Made by a program: the position numbers and the translations under genes | Source of the DNA: Rhodospirillales bacterium | GTDB lineage: Bacteria > Pseudomonadota > Alphaproteobacteria > Micavibrionales > Micavibrionaceae | Direction: 5' to 3' | Assembly: GCA_020638175.1 (NCBI GenBank) | Contig: JACKJA010000002.1 | Span: 1,478,522-1,542,521, forward strand | Length of the DNA stretch: 64,000 bases | Part shown: one piece after another, positions 41,682 to 52,639 of the stretch | Position numbering within the stretch: position 1 is the stretch's first letter | Layout of the letters: each line of letters starts with the position of its first letter | The notes under the pieces: generated by a model | The model's database searches: none | Seen by the model: only the letters and a program-made list of their open reading frames with translations | Told to the model about the DNA's origin: nothing

Positions 41682-43997
41682 CTAGAACCGCGTACCGAAA
41701 TTAAAGCGGAACGTTTGTTCTTTGTCGTAGTTTTCCTGCAGATAGGGGAGAGACAGATCAACCCGAATCGGCCCCATCGGCGATCGCCAGGACATACCGA
41801 CACCGGCGGCAGCCCGAAGACTCCCCTCGTCAACAACGTTAACGCCCGATGCATTATCCAGTTCCCACAAACTCCCGGCATCCGTAAAGGCGTGCCCCTT
41901 GACGCCCATTTCTTCAGGAAATCCGACCGGGAATGTGAACTCCAGCGTCCCGCGATAGAATAGATTACCGCCCAAAGCATCATCCGTCGATATATCCCGC
42001 GGTCCGACACCGGCACGCTCAAACCCGCGCAAGGTCGATCCCCCAAGGAAGAAGCGCTCGTTAATCGCAACATCTTCACCGGCAACACCGCCAATAGCAC
42101 CGCCCTCACCCAGAACGTTAAACACCAGCCAGTCGGTCACAGGATAATAGTACGTCGCGCCCAGCTTCCCTGACACATAATTGGCATCGCCGCCAATCCC
42201 GGCATACTCGGTATCCAGCCAGCCATATAGCCCTTCTGTCGGGAAGAGAACGCTATCGCGGTCATCATACGTAATGCTCTGGGAAACGGCCGAGGTAATC
42301 CGCTGCCCTTCTTGCTGCTGGATATAAAGGGAAGCCGCACTCTGAACATCGGTAATCTCGTTGCGTTCCAAACGATAACGCCATGTCTGGCGCCATTTAT
42401 CAGACAACGGATACCCCATCCGCAAGCCGCCACCCGTCCGGCGCTGGCTGAACGAGCTTTCGTCCTGCAAGTCACGTGTGATGTGAAACAAATCTATCCC
42501 TGCGGAAAAATCACGATCAAGGAAATAAGGCTCCGTGAAGGAGAAATCAAACTCGGTCCGCTCCCCGGCAATCGTAGCCGAAGCAACCAGATCCTGCCCT
42601 TTCCCCATAAAGTTCCGTTCGCGGATCCGCAAGTCGGCCAGCGGTCCGTCCTGTGTTGAGAACCCGGCCCCGATCGAAAGCTCACCGGTCGATTGTTCGG
42701 ACACGTCAACATCAATAACGGTTTTGTCCGGCGCGCTGCCCTGACGCGGCGTTACATCCACGCGTTCAAAGTAAGCGAGCTTCTGGATATCCTGCTCCGA
42801 TTGCGTCAGCTTGGAACGGTTAAACGGGTCACCTTCAACAAGGCTCATTTCCCGGCGGATAACCTTATCCAGAGTCCGGACGTTACCGTGAATATCGATG
42901 CGCTCGACAAATGTCCGCGGCGTTTCATTAATATTAAAGACAACATTGATGGTGCGCTCAGCCGGATTGCGCTGCACATCCGGTTGCACGGAAACAAAGG
43001 CATACTGACGATCCCCCAGCGCATCCGTCAGATTATCAATCGACGTTTTGACTTCGTCGGCATCATACCATTCGCCCGGCTCTACGGTGATTTCCGGTTT
43101 CAGGACATCCGCATCAAAATGGCGGATCGCGGAGTTAATGGCAATATCCTTGATTTTGTAACGTTCGCCCTCTTCCACGGTAAACGTCATAAAGAAATTC
43201 TCACGATCCTGAGACAATTCGGCCACAGCGGAAATAATCCGGAAATCGGCATACCCCTGCGCCAGATAAAAACGACGCAGCAATTCCTGGTCAAACGCCA
43301 GACGGTCAGGGTCATAGCGATCATCATTGCTGATAAAGCGATACCAGCGCTCTTCGCGCGTACTGATAACGCTGCGCAACTTGTCATCATCGTAATGCGT
43401 ATTCCCGACAAAACGAATACTTTTCACATTCGTCACTTCGCCTTCATCAATTTCAAACACGAGATTAAGGCGGTTTTGTTCCAACTTGATAACTTTAGGC
43501 TCGACCTTGGCTGAAAAACGCCCGCTGCGGCGATAAAGCTGCTGCAAGCGTGTGACATCAGCCTGAACTTTGGTCCGGGTAAAAACCTGACGCGGATGAA
43601 GCTGGATCTCTGACATCAGCTCCTTGTCATCCAGCTTATCATTCCCCTCAAAAGCAATCTCGTTGATAACCGGGTTTTCCTGAACATAAACCTCCAGAAC
43701 GCGTCCCCGCTGGCGCAAGGAAACATCGGCAAACAACCCCGTTGCAAACAAGCCCTTCAGCGTACGGTTCAGGCCTTCCTGATTCATCTTGTCACCGACC
43801 TTCAGGTCCATATACGTCAAAACCGTTTCCGGCTCGATCCGCTCGGCCCCGATAACCCGTATTTCGCTAATGACCTCGCCCTGAGTATCAGCTCCGTAAT
43901 ATTGAGCACGCGCCTGCCCCGAGAACGGCGCTGTAAAGGCGAAACAGAAAAAGGCAAACGCCACCAAAACCGGTTTTATCTTTATCATATCAATCAT
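41682..43997 (-). CDS. bamA: Outer membrane protein assembly factor BamA
   Basis: 771 aa with a signal peptide, five POTRA-like repeats and a C-terminal beta-barrel ending ...FRFNFGTRF. Confidence 0.93.
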   Translation of the reverse strand: MIDMIKIKPVLVAFAFFCFAFTAPFSGQARAQYYGADTQGEVISEIRVIGAERIEPETVLTYMDLKVGDKMNQEGLNRTLKGLFATGLFADVSLRQRGRVLEVYVQENPVINEIAFEGNDKLDDKELMSEIQLHPRQVFTRTKVQADVTRLQQLYRRSGRFSAKVEPKVIKLEQNRLNLVFEIDEGEVTNVKSIRFVGNTHYDDDKLRSVISTREERWYRFISNDDRYDPDRLAFDQELLRRFYLAQGYADFRIISAVAELSQDRENFFMTFTVEEGERYKIKDIAINSAIRHFDADVLKPEITVEPGEWYDADEVKTSIDNLTDALGDRQYAFVSVQPDVQRNPAERTINVVFNINETPRTFVERIDIHGNVRTLDKVIRREMSLVEGDPFNRSKLTQSEQDIQKLAYFERVDVTPRQGSAPDKTVIDVDVSEQSTGELSIGAGFSTQDGPLADLRIRERNFMGKGQDLVASATIAGERTEFDFSFTEPYFLDRDFSAGIDLFHITRDLQDESSFSQRRTGGGLRMGYPLSDKWRQTWRYRLERNEITDVQSAASLYIQQQEGQRITSAVSQSITYDDRDSVLFPTEGLYGWLDTEYAGIGGDANYVSGKLGATYYYPVTDWLVFNVLGEGGAIGGVAGEDVAINERFFLGGSTLRGFERAGVGPRDISTDDALGGNLFYRGTLEFTFPVGFPEEMGVKGHAFTDAGSLWELDNASGVNVVDEGSLRAAAGVGMSWRSPMGPIRVDLSLPYLQENYDKEQTFRFNFGTRF

Positions 43998-44050
43998 AAG
44001 CCACTTCTTTCGCGGTCTTTGTAATCGGTAAAGTCCAGAATATCAAAAAC

Positions 44051-45439
44051 TTACATGAATATCTGAACGAGATCATTCACATTAGCAAATAACATGATTC
44101 CGACCAGTATGAACAGCCCTAAACGAAAAGCATATTCCTGAACCTGTTCGGAAATCGGCGATCCCTTGACGGCTTCGATCGCGTAAAACAGAAGGTGTCC
44201 GCCATCCAGCATCGGGATCGGAAACAGGTTAATCAGCCCCAGATTAATCGACAGCAACGCGGCAAAAGTAATAAAGGCCAAAAATCCGGCTTGGGCCATA
44301 TCACCGGCCATCGCGCCGATACGAATAATCCCGCCCAGTTCGGTCGCGCTGCGCGTTCCCGTAAACATTTGCCCCAAAGCTTCCAGCGTGCTCGTGGTAA
44401 TCGACCACGTTTCCTGCACGGCAGCGATCGGCGCGGTGAACAAGTTGTGTTGAACAAGCACTTCTTCTTCACTGTTCACAATCACCAGCAGATGATTACT
44501 CTCATCCGCATCGTTTAAAAACGCTTCATTCAAAGTCGACAGCGGCTGAATGACCAGACGATCAACCATCGGCCCCCGGTCCAGCTCTACCTGAACCTGT
44601 TCATCCATATGCTTCATCAGGGCTGCCCGTGCCGCCTCGGCACCTTCCACCGGTTGCCCGTCGACAGACACGATATAACTGACATCAATAGCATTCCCCG
44701 GCCCGATCAGCCCCAGCAATCCTCGCGACTGTTTAAAGCCGAAACGGTCTTCTTCCTGCAAACGGTCGGGCGCAACATTAATCGTAGCTTCTTTACCGTC
44801 CCGGAGGATTTTGAAATCCATCGGCGTATCAAGAGCAATCAAAACCTTGCGGCGGATTTCCTCAAAAGAGCTGATTTTCACCCCGTCGATTGTGAGAACC
44901 TCGTCATGCGGCTGGAAACCGGCCCGCTCAGCGGCACTGCCCCCAACAATCGCCGATGCCATCGGCGGTGTTACCGGCTGGCCATAGAACATGTAAAGCC
45001 CGGCCAGAACAATGATAGCAAAAATATAGTTAATCGCCGGCCCGGCCACAGCAATCGCCGCCCGCTGTCCCACAGGCTTCGCAAAAAAGGCACGGTTTTG
45101 CTCCGCCGCGGTCATTGGCCGCACTTCTTTTGTATCTTTATCTTCAACATTATCGGTATGCCCGGCGGAGGATGGGTCAACATCACCAAACATCTTCACG
45201 TAACCGCCCAGCGGCACCAATGATAATTTCCAGCGCGTCCCGTGCTTGTCCGTCACCCCGAATATTTCTTTTCCGAACCCGATGGAAAAGCTTTCGATCT
45301 GAACGCCGCACATTCTGGCGACAATGTAATGCCCCCACTCATGGATAAAAACCAGCAAACTGAGGATCAGGACAAACGCCCCGCCATACAGCCAGATATT
45401 CTGGGCGACAAGATGAAACATATCGAAAATAGAATGCAT
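44051..45439 (-). CDS. rseP: RIP zinc metalloprotease RseP
   Basis: Has the HEWGH zinc motif near the N-terminus, PDZ segments and the C-terminal LSINLGLINLFPIPMLDGG motif. 462 aa. Confidence 0.9.
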   Translation of the reverse strand: MHSIFDMFHLVAQNIWLYGGAFVLILSLLVFIHEWGHYIVARMCGVQIESFSIGFGKEIFGVTDKHGTRWKLSLVPLGGYVKMFGDVDPSSAGHTDNVEDKDTKEVRPMTAAEQNRAFFAKPVGQRAAIAVAGPAINYIFAIIVLAGLYMFYGQPVTPPMASAIVGGSAAERAGFQPHDEVLTIDGVKISSFEEIRRKVLIALDTPMDFKILRDGKEATINVAPDRLQEEDRFGFKQSRGLLGLIGPGNAIDVSYIVSVDGQPVEGAEAARAALMKHMDEQVQVELDRGPMVDRLVIQPLSTLNEAFLNDADESNHLLVIVNSEEEVLVQHNLFTAPIAAVQETWSITTSTLEALGQMFTGTRSATELGGIIRIGAMAGDMAQAGFLAFITFAALLSINLGLINLFPIPMLDGGHLLFYAIEAVKGSPISEQVQEYAFRLGLFILVGIMLFANVNDLVQIFM

Positions 45440-45465
45440 GGTAACTCCCGGGTTATTATTACCGA

Positions 45466-46641
45466 TTACGCGGCGTCCCTAGATATATAGGACTTTGTAA
45501 TGTCTCTTACAGTGGCATCAAATGCAATAACTTCTTCGAGATTCTTTAAGGACGAACATCCGGCTTGCCTCAACGTCTGCCGAATAGCCTCGATAATCCC
45601 TGAAAAACCAAGGCGTCTGGACAAAAACGCATCGACAGCCACTTCATTGGCCGCGTTAAAAGCGATGCAGGCGGCCGCGCCATTATTCAAACATTGGTAC
45701 GCCAGATCAACCGCCGGAAACCGCACATCATCCAGATCTTCAAAATCCAGATGCTTTAACTTTGCCCAGTCCAGCCGTTGCCCCGACGTCTTCATGCGAT
45801 CCGGCCAAGCCAGCGCATGGGCAATCGGCGTCCGCATATCCGGCGCGCCCAGTTGTGCCAGAACCGAACCGTCGCTGTATTCAACCATCGAATGAATCAC
45901 GGATTGCGGGTGTACCAAAACCTTGATCTTCTCTGGCGGCATGGCGAACAGATAATGCGCCTCGATCACCTCCAGCGCTTTGTTCATCATACTGGCGCTG
46001 TCGACGGAAATTTTAGCCCCCATCGACCAGTTGGGGTGGGCCACGGCCTGCTCCGGCGTCGCCGCCGCCATTTTTTCCCTTGTCCACGTGCGAAACGGGC
46101 CGCCGGAGGCCGTCAGGATAATGCGGTCGATACCTGCGGGCCGCTCATGATCGAAAACCTGGAAAACCGCATTATGCTCGCTATCGACCGGCAGCAACTT
46201 TGTGCCATGTTTTTTCGCCGCCTCCATAACCAGAGGGCCGGCAGCAACCAGCGGTTCTTTGTTGGCAATCGCCACGCAGCGGCTATGTTCAATCGCCTTC
46301 ATAATCGGCAACAAACCGGCCATCCCGACAATCGCCGCCATCGTCCAGTCCACAGGCTGCGCCGCAGCGTCCAGCAAGGCTTCGGCGCCAGCGGCGGCCT
46401 CAACACCCGTCCCGGACAAGCTCTCTTTCAGCTCTTGATATTTTCGGGGGTCCGCGACAACCGCTTTACGCGCCTTCAACTGCACCGCCATATCCGCCAG
46501 CGCCCGCGCATTCTCATTGGCCGTCACCGCCTGCACGGAAAACCGGTCAGGCTGCGAGAGAACAAGATCCACCGTACTGCGCCCGACAGAACCGGTCGCC
46601 CCCAATATGTTAATGGTTTTTATCTCAGCCATAATTCCCAC
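45466..46641 (-). CDS. dxr: 1-deoxy-D-xylulose-5-phosphate reductoisomerase
   Basis: ILGATGSVGRST, ANKEPLV, DSEHNA and HPNWSMG. The start could instead be the Met at 46632. Confidence 0.95.
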   Translation of the reverse strand: MGIMAEIKTINILGATGSVGRSTVDLVLSQPDRFSVQAVTANENARALADMAVQLKARKAVVADPRKYQELKESLSGTGVEAAAGAEALLDAAAQPVDWTMAAIVGMAGLLPIMKAIEHSRCVAIANKEPLVAAGPLVMEAAKKHGTKLLPVDSEHNAVFQVFDHERPAGIDRIILTASGGPFRTWTREKMAAATPEQAVAHPNWSMGAKISVDSASMMNKALEVIEAHYLFAMPPEKIKVLVHPQSVIHSMVEYSDGSVLAQLGAPDMRTPIAHALAWPDRMKTSGQRLDWAKLKHLDFEDLDDVRFPAVDLAYQCLNNGAAACIAFNAANEVAVDAFLSRRLGFSGIIEAIRQTLRQAGCSSLKNLEEVIAFDATVRDITKSYISRDAA

Positions 46642-47285
46642 AAAAACAGAAAAACCGGGGAAACCAGCAACAAGCCGTCAATACGGTCGAGCAACCCGCC
46701 ATGACCGGGGATCAAATTCCCCGTGTCTTTCAGCCCGGCCCGGCGCTTGAAACTCGAAATAAACAGATCGCCGACCTGCCCGACAGCGCCCAGAAAACCG
46801 CCCGCCAAAAATACCGCCCACAAAGGCACATTCACGATCGGCAAGAGCAAAACAAATCCCGTCAAGAAAACGGCAAACGCCGCGACAGCTCCGGCAAACC
46901 CGGCCCATGTTTTGTTTGGACTGATCTTGGGCGCCATTTTCGGTCCGCCAATCAGCTTTCCGAAAGCATAAGCCCCGGTATCGCTGGCTGCGACACAAAC
47001 GAAAACGGCCATTGTCAGCCAAACGCCCTGCTCAAACCCGGCGCGCAAAAAAACAAAAGAGGCAAAACAAATCGATAGATACACAGCCCCCAGCGCCAGA
47101 GCGCCATATCGTGTTTTCCCCTGAATGGTTGACAGACCGATCCATTCATACAAACAGATAAATATCGCTGCCAAAACCATTCCCAGAAAAAAAACGCCGC
47201 CCAGCCAGATCGCCAGCAACGTTAAAGGCGCCAGCAACAAACTGGACAACATGCGCACCTGAAATCGGGAGGACGAGACACTCAT
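46620..47285 (-). CDS. cdsA: Phosphatidate cytidylyltransferase
   Basis: SDTGAYAFGKLIGGPKMAPKISPNKTWAG and FKRRAGLKDTGNLIPGHGGLLDRID. The Met at 47285 abuts the uppS stop, whereas the ORF-track start at 47414 would overlap uppS by 128 nt. Confidence 0.9.
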   Translation of the reverse strand: MSVSSSRFQVRMLSSLLLAPLTLLAIWLGGVFFLGMVLAAIFICLYEWIGLSTIQGKTRYGALALGAVYLSICFASFVFLRAGFEQGVWLTMAVFVCVAASDTGAYAFGKLIGGPKMAPKISPNKTWAGFAGAVAAFAVFLTGFVLLLPIVNVPLWAVFLAGGFLGAVGQVGDLFISSFKRRAGLKDTGNLIPGHGGLLDRIDGLLLVSPVFLFLWELWLR

Positions 47286-47286
47286 A

Positions 47287-48042
47287 TCAAGTGCCGCCCT
47301 TCTGCTTAACCCCTCCGAATCGGCGGTCACGTTTCCGGTAAACTTCCAAGGCCTCTTCCATATCGCTACGGGAAAAATCAGGCCAGCAATGCTCCGTAAA
47401 ATAAAACTCGGCATACGCGCACTGCCAGAGCAAAAAGTTACTAACGCGCTGTTCGCCGCTGGTCCGGATCAACATATCCGGGTCCGGGATATCTTCGGTC
47501 ATAAGGAAACCGGGGAAATATTCCTCGGCAGCGGCCATATCCGGCTGAAGCCCCTTTTCCACGCACATCTGTGCCCAGCGGCAAGCTGCCTGCATAATGT
47601 CATGACGCCCGCCATAATTCAGGGCCATAACAACCGTAATCCCGTCATTATTCGCCGTCAGTTTTTCCGCCTGCTCAATCAAAATCACGATGTCATCGGC
47701 CAGCGCCGTCCGGTCCCCGATGACCTTCAAACGAATATTGTTACGATGCAGTTCAGCCGTCTCAGCCCGCAGATACATACGCAGCAAACGCATCAATTCC
47801 TTGATCTCGTCCGCCGGCCGCTTCCAGTTTTCGGATGAAAAGCCAAAAAATGTCAGATATTCAACGCCCAGCTCACCGGCAGCTTCCACCGCCCGCTTGA
47901 CGGCTTCGACGCCGTGCTTGTGCCCGACAGTGCGCGGCAGCCCGCGCGCCTGCGCCCAGCGCCCGTTACCATCCATAATAATCGCAATATGACGCGGCAC
48001 AGGACCGGATTTCCCGGAGATATGTTCGTCCTGATCGCTCAT
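47287..48042 (-). CDS. uppS: Undecaprenyl diphosphate synthase
   Basis: [22 protein letters not shown] and [16 protein letters not shown]. 251 aa. Confidence 0.95.
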   Translation of the reverse strand: MSDQDEHISGKSGPVPRHIAIIMDGNGRWAQARGLPRTVGHKHGVEAVKRAVEAAGELGVEYLTFFGFSSENWKRPADEIKELMRLLRMYLRAETAELHRNNIRLKVIGDRTALADDIVILIEQAEKLTANNDGITVVMALNYGGRHDIMQAACRWAQMCVEKGLQPDMAAAEEYFPGFLMTEDIPDPDMLIRTSGEQRVSNFLLWQCAYAEFYFTEHCWPDFSRSDMEEALEVYRKRDRRFGGVKQKGGT

Positions 48043-48581
48043 ACCGTCATAATATCCTTTTCTTTATCGGAAAGCATGCCGTCGATCTTGCCGATCACTT
48101 CGTCGGTCAATTTCTGAACATCTGTCTCATGACGTTTTTTCTCATCCTCAGGATAATCGGCCTTTTTAATTGCATCCATCCCGTCACGGCGCACATTGCG
48201 TACAGAAATACGGGCTTGCTCGGCATATTTCCCGGCCACCTTCGTCAATTCCGTGCGGCGTTCCTCGTTCAACTCCGGCACCGGCACCCGGATCATCGAA
48301 CCTTCCGCCATCGGGTTCAGCCCCAGACCGGAATCCCGGATCGCTTTTTCCACCGCCTTGCACATCGAAGCATCCCAAACCTGCACGGTCAACATGCGCG
48401 GCTCTGGCGCGTTAACCGAGGCAACCTGATTGAGCGGCATTTTAGAACCATAAGCATCGACCTGAACCGGCTCCAACATGCTGCTGGCCGCACGCCCCGT
48501 CCGCAGCCCCGAAAATTCATCCCGAAGCACCTCAACGGCACCTTCCATCCGGCGACGCAAATCAGCTGTAATATTACTCAT
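48039..48581 (-). CDS. frr: Ribosome recycling factor
   Basis: 180 aa with FSGLRTGRA and ISVRNVRRD. Confidence 0.93.
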   Translation of the reverse strand: MSNITADLRRRMEGAVEVLRDEFSGLRTGRAASSMLEPVQVDAYGSKMPLNQVASVNAPEPRMLTVQVWDASMCKAVEKAIRDSGLGLNPMAEGSMIRVPVPELNEERRTELTKVAGKYAEQARISVRNVRRDGMDAIKKADYPEDEKKRHETDVQKLTDEVIGKIDGMLSDKEKDIMTV

Positions 48582-48599
48582 ACCTAACTTTCCCTTGCT

Positions 48600-49364
48600 T
48601 TATTTGTTCTCAACAATCGTAAAAGCACCCTGGCCATTAACGGCTTCGGCGAAATTCCCTTCTTCTTTCACAGAAAAAACAACGATCGGAATGTCATTTT
48701 CGCGCGCCAGCGAAATGGCAGCGGCATCCATAACCTTCAAATCCTTGGTCAGAACTTCCATGTAAGTCAAATGATCGTAGCGCTTGGCATCGGGATCCTT
48801 CATCGGATCGGCCGTATAAACACCATCAACCTTGGTTCCCTTGAATATAGCATCGCAATTCATCTCTGAAGCCCGCAAAGAAGCACATGTATCTGATGTG
48901 AAATAAGGGTTTCCTGTGCCAGCGGCAAAAATAACAACGCGGCCTTTTTCCATGTGACGGAACGCCCGGCGACGGATGTAAGGTTCGCAAATCGCCGACA
49001 TCGGAATGGCGGATTGCACCCGCGTATTCACATCCATTTGCTCCAGCGCATTTTGCAGCGCCAGCGCATTGATCACAATCCCCAGCATCCCCATATAATC
49101 GGCTGTCGTCCGGTCCATTCCGGCCGCTGCGCCGGATACGCCGCGGAAAATATTCCCGGCCCCGACAACCAGACAAACCTCGACCCCCATATCGACGACC
49201 TGCTTGATATCGCGCGCCACGCGGTTCACCGTATCCGGGTCCAGACCGAATTCGCGGTTTCCCATCAAAACTTCACCGGATATCTTTAGAAGAACGCGTT
49301 TAAAGCGGAGCTTTTTATCTGTCATAGGGGTTATCTCATCGGTTCTTTGTTCGGCCATGCCCAT
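48600..49364 (-). CDS. pyrH: UMP kinase
   Basis: [21 protein letters not shown] and [14 protein letters not shown]. The exact start Met is uncertain. Confidence 0.93.
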   Translation of the reverse strand: MGMAEQRTDEITPMTDKKLRFKRVLLKISGEVLMGNREFGLDPDTVNRVARDIKQVVDMGVEVCLVVGAGNIFRGVSGAAAGMDRTTADYMGMLGIVINALALQNALEQMDVNTRVQSAIPMSAICEPYIRRRAFRHMEKGRVVIFAAGTGNPYFTSDTCASLRASEMNCDAIFKGTKVDGVYTADPMKDPDAKRYDHLTYMEVLTKDLKVMDAAAISLARENDIPIVVFSVKEEGNFAEAVNGQGAFTIVENK

Positions 49365-49416
49365 TCTTATACACCCTTTTTATAAATTTCAAAAAATTTA
49401 ACCGCCTCAATGTAAT

Positions 49417-49447
49417 AACAGCCGCGTCGGATTGCAACGCGGCTGTT
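49417..49447 (-). other. 10-bp GC-rich stem-loop between tsf and pyrH; possible attenuating terminator or processing site
   Basis: AACAGCCGCG (49417-49426), an 11-nt loop, then CGCGGCTGTT (49438-49447). On the transcribed minus strand the U-run precedes rather than follows the hairpin, so it is not a canonical intrinsic terminator. Confidence 0.4.
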
Positions 49448-49471
49448 AAAAAACACTCAGAAAAAGAGCTA

Positions 49472-50395
49472 TCAGCCGTTCACGGCCGCAGCCACTTCCG
49501 CAGCAAAATCTGTTTCTTCTTTTTCGATGCCTTCACCAAGCTGGAAGCGCTCATAAGCAACCAGTTCAACCGGCGCACCGACGTCGGCGGCTGCATTTTT
49601 CAGCAAGTCAGCAATACGGGTCTCGCCATCAATCACGAAGGTTTGATCCATCAGGCAAATCTCTTCAAAGAATTTACGCATGCGGCCTTCGAGCATTTTT
49701 TCAACGATTTCCGCCGGCTTGCCTTCTGCCATCGCCTGCTCACGCAGGATATTGCGCTCACGTTCAGCCACGTCAGAATCAACCGCATCCCGGTTCAGGT
49801 ATTTCGGAAACGCCGCTGCAACGTGCATGGCAATTTGCTTACCCAGCGCTTGCAGCTTGTCGGCATCGCCTTCGGATTGCAGCGCCACCAGAACACCGAT
49901 TTTACCCATGTTCGGGGCCACGGCATTGTGGATATAGCCCGTGACAACACCCGGGTTAACGCTCAGAGTAACCGTCCGGCGCAAAGTCATGTGTTCGCCG
50001 ATCGTCGCAATATTTGAGGTCAAGGTCTCGCGAACGCTTTTGCCGTTACCAAACTGGGCTTCCTGCAGCGCTTCGATATCAGCTTCCTCTTTCAGGGCGA
50101 TATCGGCAACCTGCTTGACGAAGCTCTGGAACTGTTCGTTCCGGGCAACGAAGTCGGTTTCGGAATTCACCTCAACCAGCGCCCCGCTATTGCCTTGAAC
50201 AGCCATCGCAATCAAACCTTCGGCAGCCGTCCGGCTTGATTTCTTCTCAGCCTTTGCCAGACCTTTGGTCCGCAGCGCATCGACAGCGGCATCCATATCG
50301 CCGCCGGCTTCCTCCAGAGCTTTTTTGGCATCCATCATGCCCGCCCCGGTTTTCTCACGCAGTTCTTTCACCATTGATGCTGTAATCGCAGCCAT
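49472..50395 (-). CDS. tsf: Elongation factor Ts
   Basis: MAAITASMVKELREKTGAGMMDAKKAL. The ORF-track start at 50539 adds a spurious K/R-rich extension that overlaps rpsB. Confidence 0.95.
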   Translation of the reverse strand: MAAITASMVKELREKTGAGMMDAKKALEEAGGDMDAAVDALRTKGLAKAEKKSSRTAAEGLIAMAVQGNSGALVEVNSETDFVARNEQFQSFVKQVADIALKEEADIEALQEAQFGNGKSVRETLTSNIATIGEHMTLRRTVTLSVNPGVVTGYIHNAVAPNMGKIGVLVALQSEGDADKLQALGKQIAMHVAAAFPKYLNRDAVDSDVAERERNILREQAMAEGKPAEIVEKMLEGRMRKFFEEICLMDQTFVIDGETRIADLLKNAAADVGAPVELVAYERFQLGEGIEKEETDFAAEVAAAVNG

Positions 50396-50438
50396 GTCGT
50401 CCTCTTTCTTTCCTCTAAATTGCGTTAACAAAGACCCG

Positions 50439-51284
50439 TTAGGCCGTTGCTTGTTTCTTGGTCGGCTCTTCTTCAGCCTCGGTTGCCTCGGCAGCCTTGT
50501 CGGCTTTCTTGGCTTTCGGCGCTTTTTTCGGAGCTTCAATCAGGTCTTCCTTTTTCGGCTCGACAGCAGCGCCGGCATCAATACCGGAAGCAGCCATTTC
50601 AGCCTGCAGACCGTCCAGAACGGCCGCGGAAAACAGATCGCAATACAATTCAATCGCCCGCAAAGCATCATCGTTCCCCGGAATCGGGAAATCAATGTGA
50701 TCGGGATTGGAATTCGTATCGATAATCGCAAACACCGGAATCCCTAGGTTACGCGCTTCGTTCACAGCCAAGTCTTCCTTGTTTGTGTCGATAATGAACA
50801 GGGCATCCGGCAGACCGCCCATATCCTTGATCCCGCCGATCGAAGATTCCAGCTTGTCGCGCTCACGCGTCATCATCAGAATTTCTTTCTTGGTGTAACC
50901 TTCGATATCACCGCCCAGAATACCTTCCAGCTCACGCAGACGGTTGATGGACTTCGTGACAGTTTGCCAGTTGGTCATCATACCGCCCAGCCAGCGGTGG
51001 TTCACATAGTACTGACCGCAACGTTTGGCAGATTCCTTGATTTTCTCTTGCGCCTGACGCTTGGTGGCAACAAACAGAACCCGACCGCCCTTGGCAGCAA
51101 TATCACGGATCGTTTTCAGGGAACGATCCAGCATCGGTACGGTTTGTTGCAGGTCAATAATATGAATGCCGTTACGAACACCAAAGATGTAAGGCTTCAT
51201 TTTCGGGTTCCAGCGCTGGGCGTGGTGACCGAAGTGAACACCGGCTTCCAGAAGCTGGCGCATTGTAAATTCAGGCATGGACAT
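50439..51284 (-). CDS. rpsB: 30S ribosomal protein S2 with a Lys/Ala/Glu-rich C-terminal tail
   Basis: [19 protein letters not shown] and FIIDTNKE. 281 aa, with the tail [23 protein letters not shown]. Confidence 0.95.
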   Translation of the reverse strand: MSMPEFTMRQLLEAGVHFGHHAQRWNPKMKPYIFGVRNGIHIIDLQQTVPMLDRSLKTIRDIAAKGGRVLFVATKRQAQEKIKESAKRCGQYYVNHRWLGGMMTNWQTVTKSINRLRELEGILGGDIEGYTKKEILMMTRERDKLESSIGGIKDMGGLPDALFIIDTNKEDLAVNEARNLGIPVFAIIDTNSNPDHIDFPIPGNDDALRAIELYCDLFSAAVLDGLQAEMAASGIDAGAAVEPKKEDLIEAPKKAPKAKKADKAAEATEAEEEPTKKQATA

Positions 51285-51439
51285 GTCTTTTCTCCTTTTT
51301 TCCAGTTATGCCGCTACGGGAGAGGACTGTTTAAAACAGACCGGACAGGCTGGATAAGCCTTAAATTCCCGCATGTGAATTCCTGCCAAAACGGCAGGTT
51401 GAGCGCTGATATATATGGTTTTCAGAGAGATTGCAAGGA

Positions 51440-52570
51440 TTACTTTGCGCCGAAAGCCCGCTTGAATTTGCCGAACATCCCGTTGGATGATTTCCCGGAC
51501 AAGATGTGTTCGACGTCTTCGGCTTTCTTACCCTCAAACGTCAAAACGGACGAAAGCGGTCGCCGCGGCGTGTAAACCGGTTTTCCGCCATAACCAAGCC
51601 GCAAGATAAACTGGGCGCGTCCCTGTCTGTCGAGAGCATCATGGAGCCGCAAACGCAACTCCGGCACCTCACACGGCTGGTTCAACGTCGACGCGGCCAG
51701 CCCGGCCTCCTCCGCCCGCAATAGAACGCGCATCAAGGCCATCCCGGCCATCAGGCGCGATTTGGTTCCGCCCGACATGCTGCCGACGACAGCAATCACC
51801 GGCGATCCCTCATCAAGCTGGTCGTCACGGGCGGCTTTATTGTGCTCCCCCTCAAATCGCCGCAACAGATGCGGCGAGAAAGACGACATAATCGCCGAAT
51901 AACGGGCACTGTCGCTGGGGATACCATCGCCGCTACCTAAACGGCGCGGGTGAATCCAGTTCAAAAGCTCGCGGCGGAAATGTTTGTCCCCGGTCTGGAT
52001 ATGGTCGGCTTCCGCAACCATGTGAACGATCTGGCCGCGCTCATGCGGCGCACAGATATGAAGCCACGCCCCGGCTTTTTCCGCTTCTTGCTCCAGAGCG
52101 CGCAAAAGCTCGTCGGGTACTTTCTTATCCGAAAACGAACCCCAGTTCATATGACGCTTGGCAATAACCTGAAAAAGCCCCTTGTCACTTTCTTCAACCG
52201 GAGTATCCAGCTTATGCCCCAGCGTTACAATCGCCATCAGGTCGTCATCGGTCGGATCGGGCAAAAGCTGGGTTGTTTGCTCATAGCCAAAAGCCCGGAG
52301 CGCCAGCTGTAAATTGGCCAGCGCCGACCCGCAGGCAATCTCAAGTCCCCGGTCATCCGGGTCCGTCACCGGCAACCCGTAACGCCGGTCGGCATACAAA
52401 AACAGCTTGTTGCCGCTGATCGAAAACAGCCACGGCTGCGTGTTATAAGTCGAAGGTGTCAACTGGGCATAGCGCGCACAAAACGCCAGCTTTTCTGCTG
52501 CCGTTCCGTCTTGCGGGAAATCTTTTTCGGAAACTTTCCAAGCCGCCATATAATCAACCATCGCCGCCAT
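51440..52570 (-). CDS. Acg-like (tandem nitroreductase-fold) FMN-binding oxidoreductase family protein
   Basis: 376 aa. YAQLTPSTYNTQPWLF is followed by a second nitroreductase-like half, an architecture resembling the Acg/Rv2032 family. The assignment rests on motif recall only. Confidence 0.55.
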   Translation of the reverse strand: MAAMVDYMAAWKVSEKDFPQDGTAAEKLAFCARYAQLTPSTYNTQPWLFSISGNKLFLYADRRYGLPVTDPDDRGLEIACGSALANLQLALRAFGYEQTTQLLPDPTDDDLMAIVTLGHKLDTPVEESDKGLFQVIAKRHMNWGSFSDKKVPDELLRALEQEAEKAGAWLHICAPHERGQIVHMVAEADHIQTGDKHFRRELLNWIHPRRLGSGDGIPSDSARYSAIMSSFSPHLLRRFEGEHNKAARDDQLDEGSPVIAVVGSMSGGTKSRLMAGMALMRVLLRAEEAGLAASTLNQPCEVPELRLRLHDALDRQGRAQFILRLGYGGKPVYTPRRPLSSVLTFEGKKAEDVEHILSGKSSNGMFGKFKRAFGAK

Positions 52571-52639
52571 CCCTCATTTAAATTTATTTATATAAGCAGA
52601 AACCGTTATAGCGGGTTCTTTTTAGAAAAGCAAAGCGGT

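Noticed and set aside
50395-50539. A highly basic [24 protein letters not shown] segment at the 5' end of the tsf ORF.
   Set aside because: It is the alternative-frame reading of the Lys/Ala/Glu-rich rpsB tail region and lies upstream of the canonical EF-Ts start (MAAITASMVKELREKTG).
51285-51439. A hairpin CCTGCC-aaaac-GGCAGG (about 51392-51408) in the rpsB leader / nitroreductase 3' region, considered as a terminator or S2 autoregulatory leader.
   Set aside because: It has only a 6-bp stem with no following U-tract on the transcribed strand. I cannot match it to a known rpsB leader structure by eye.
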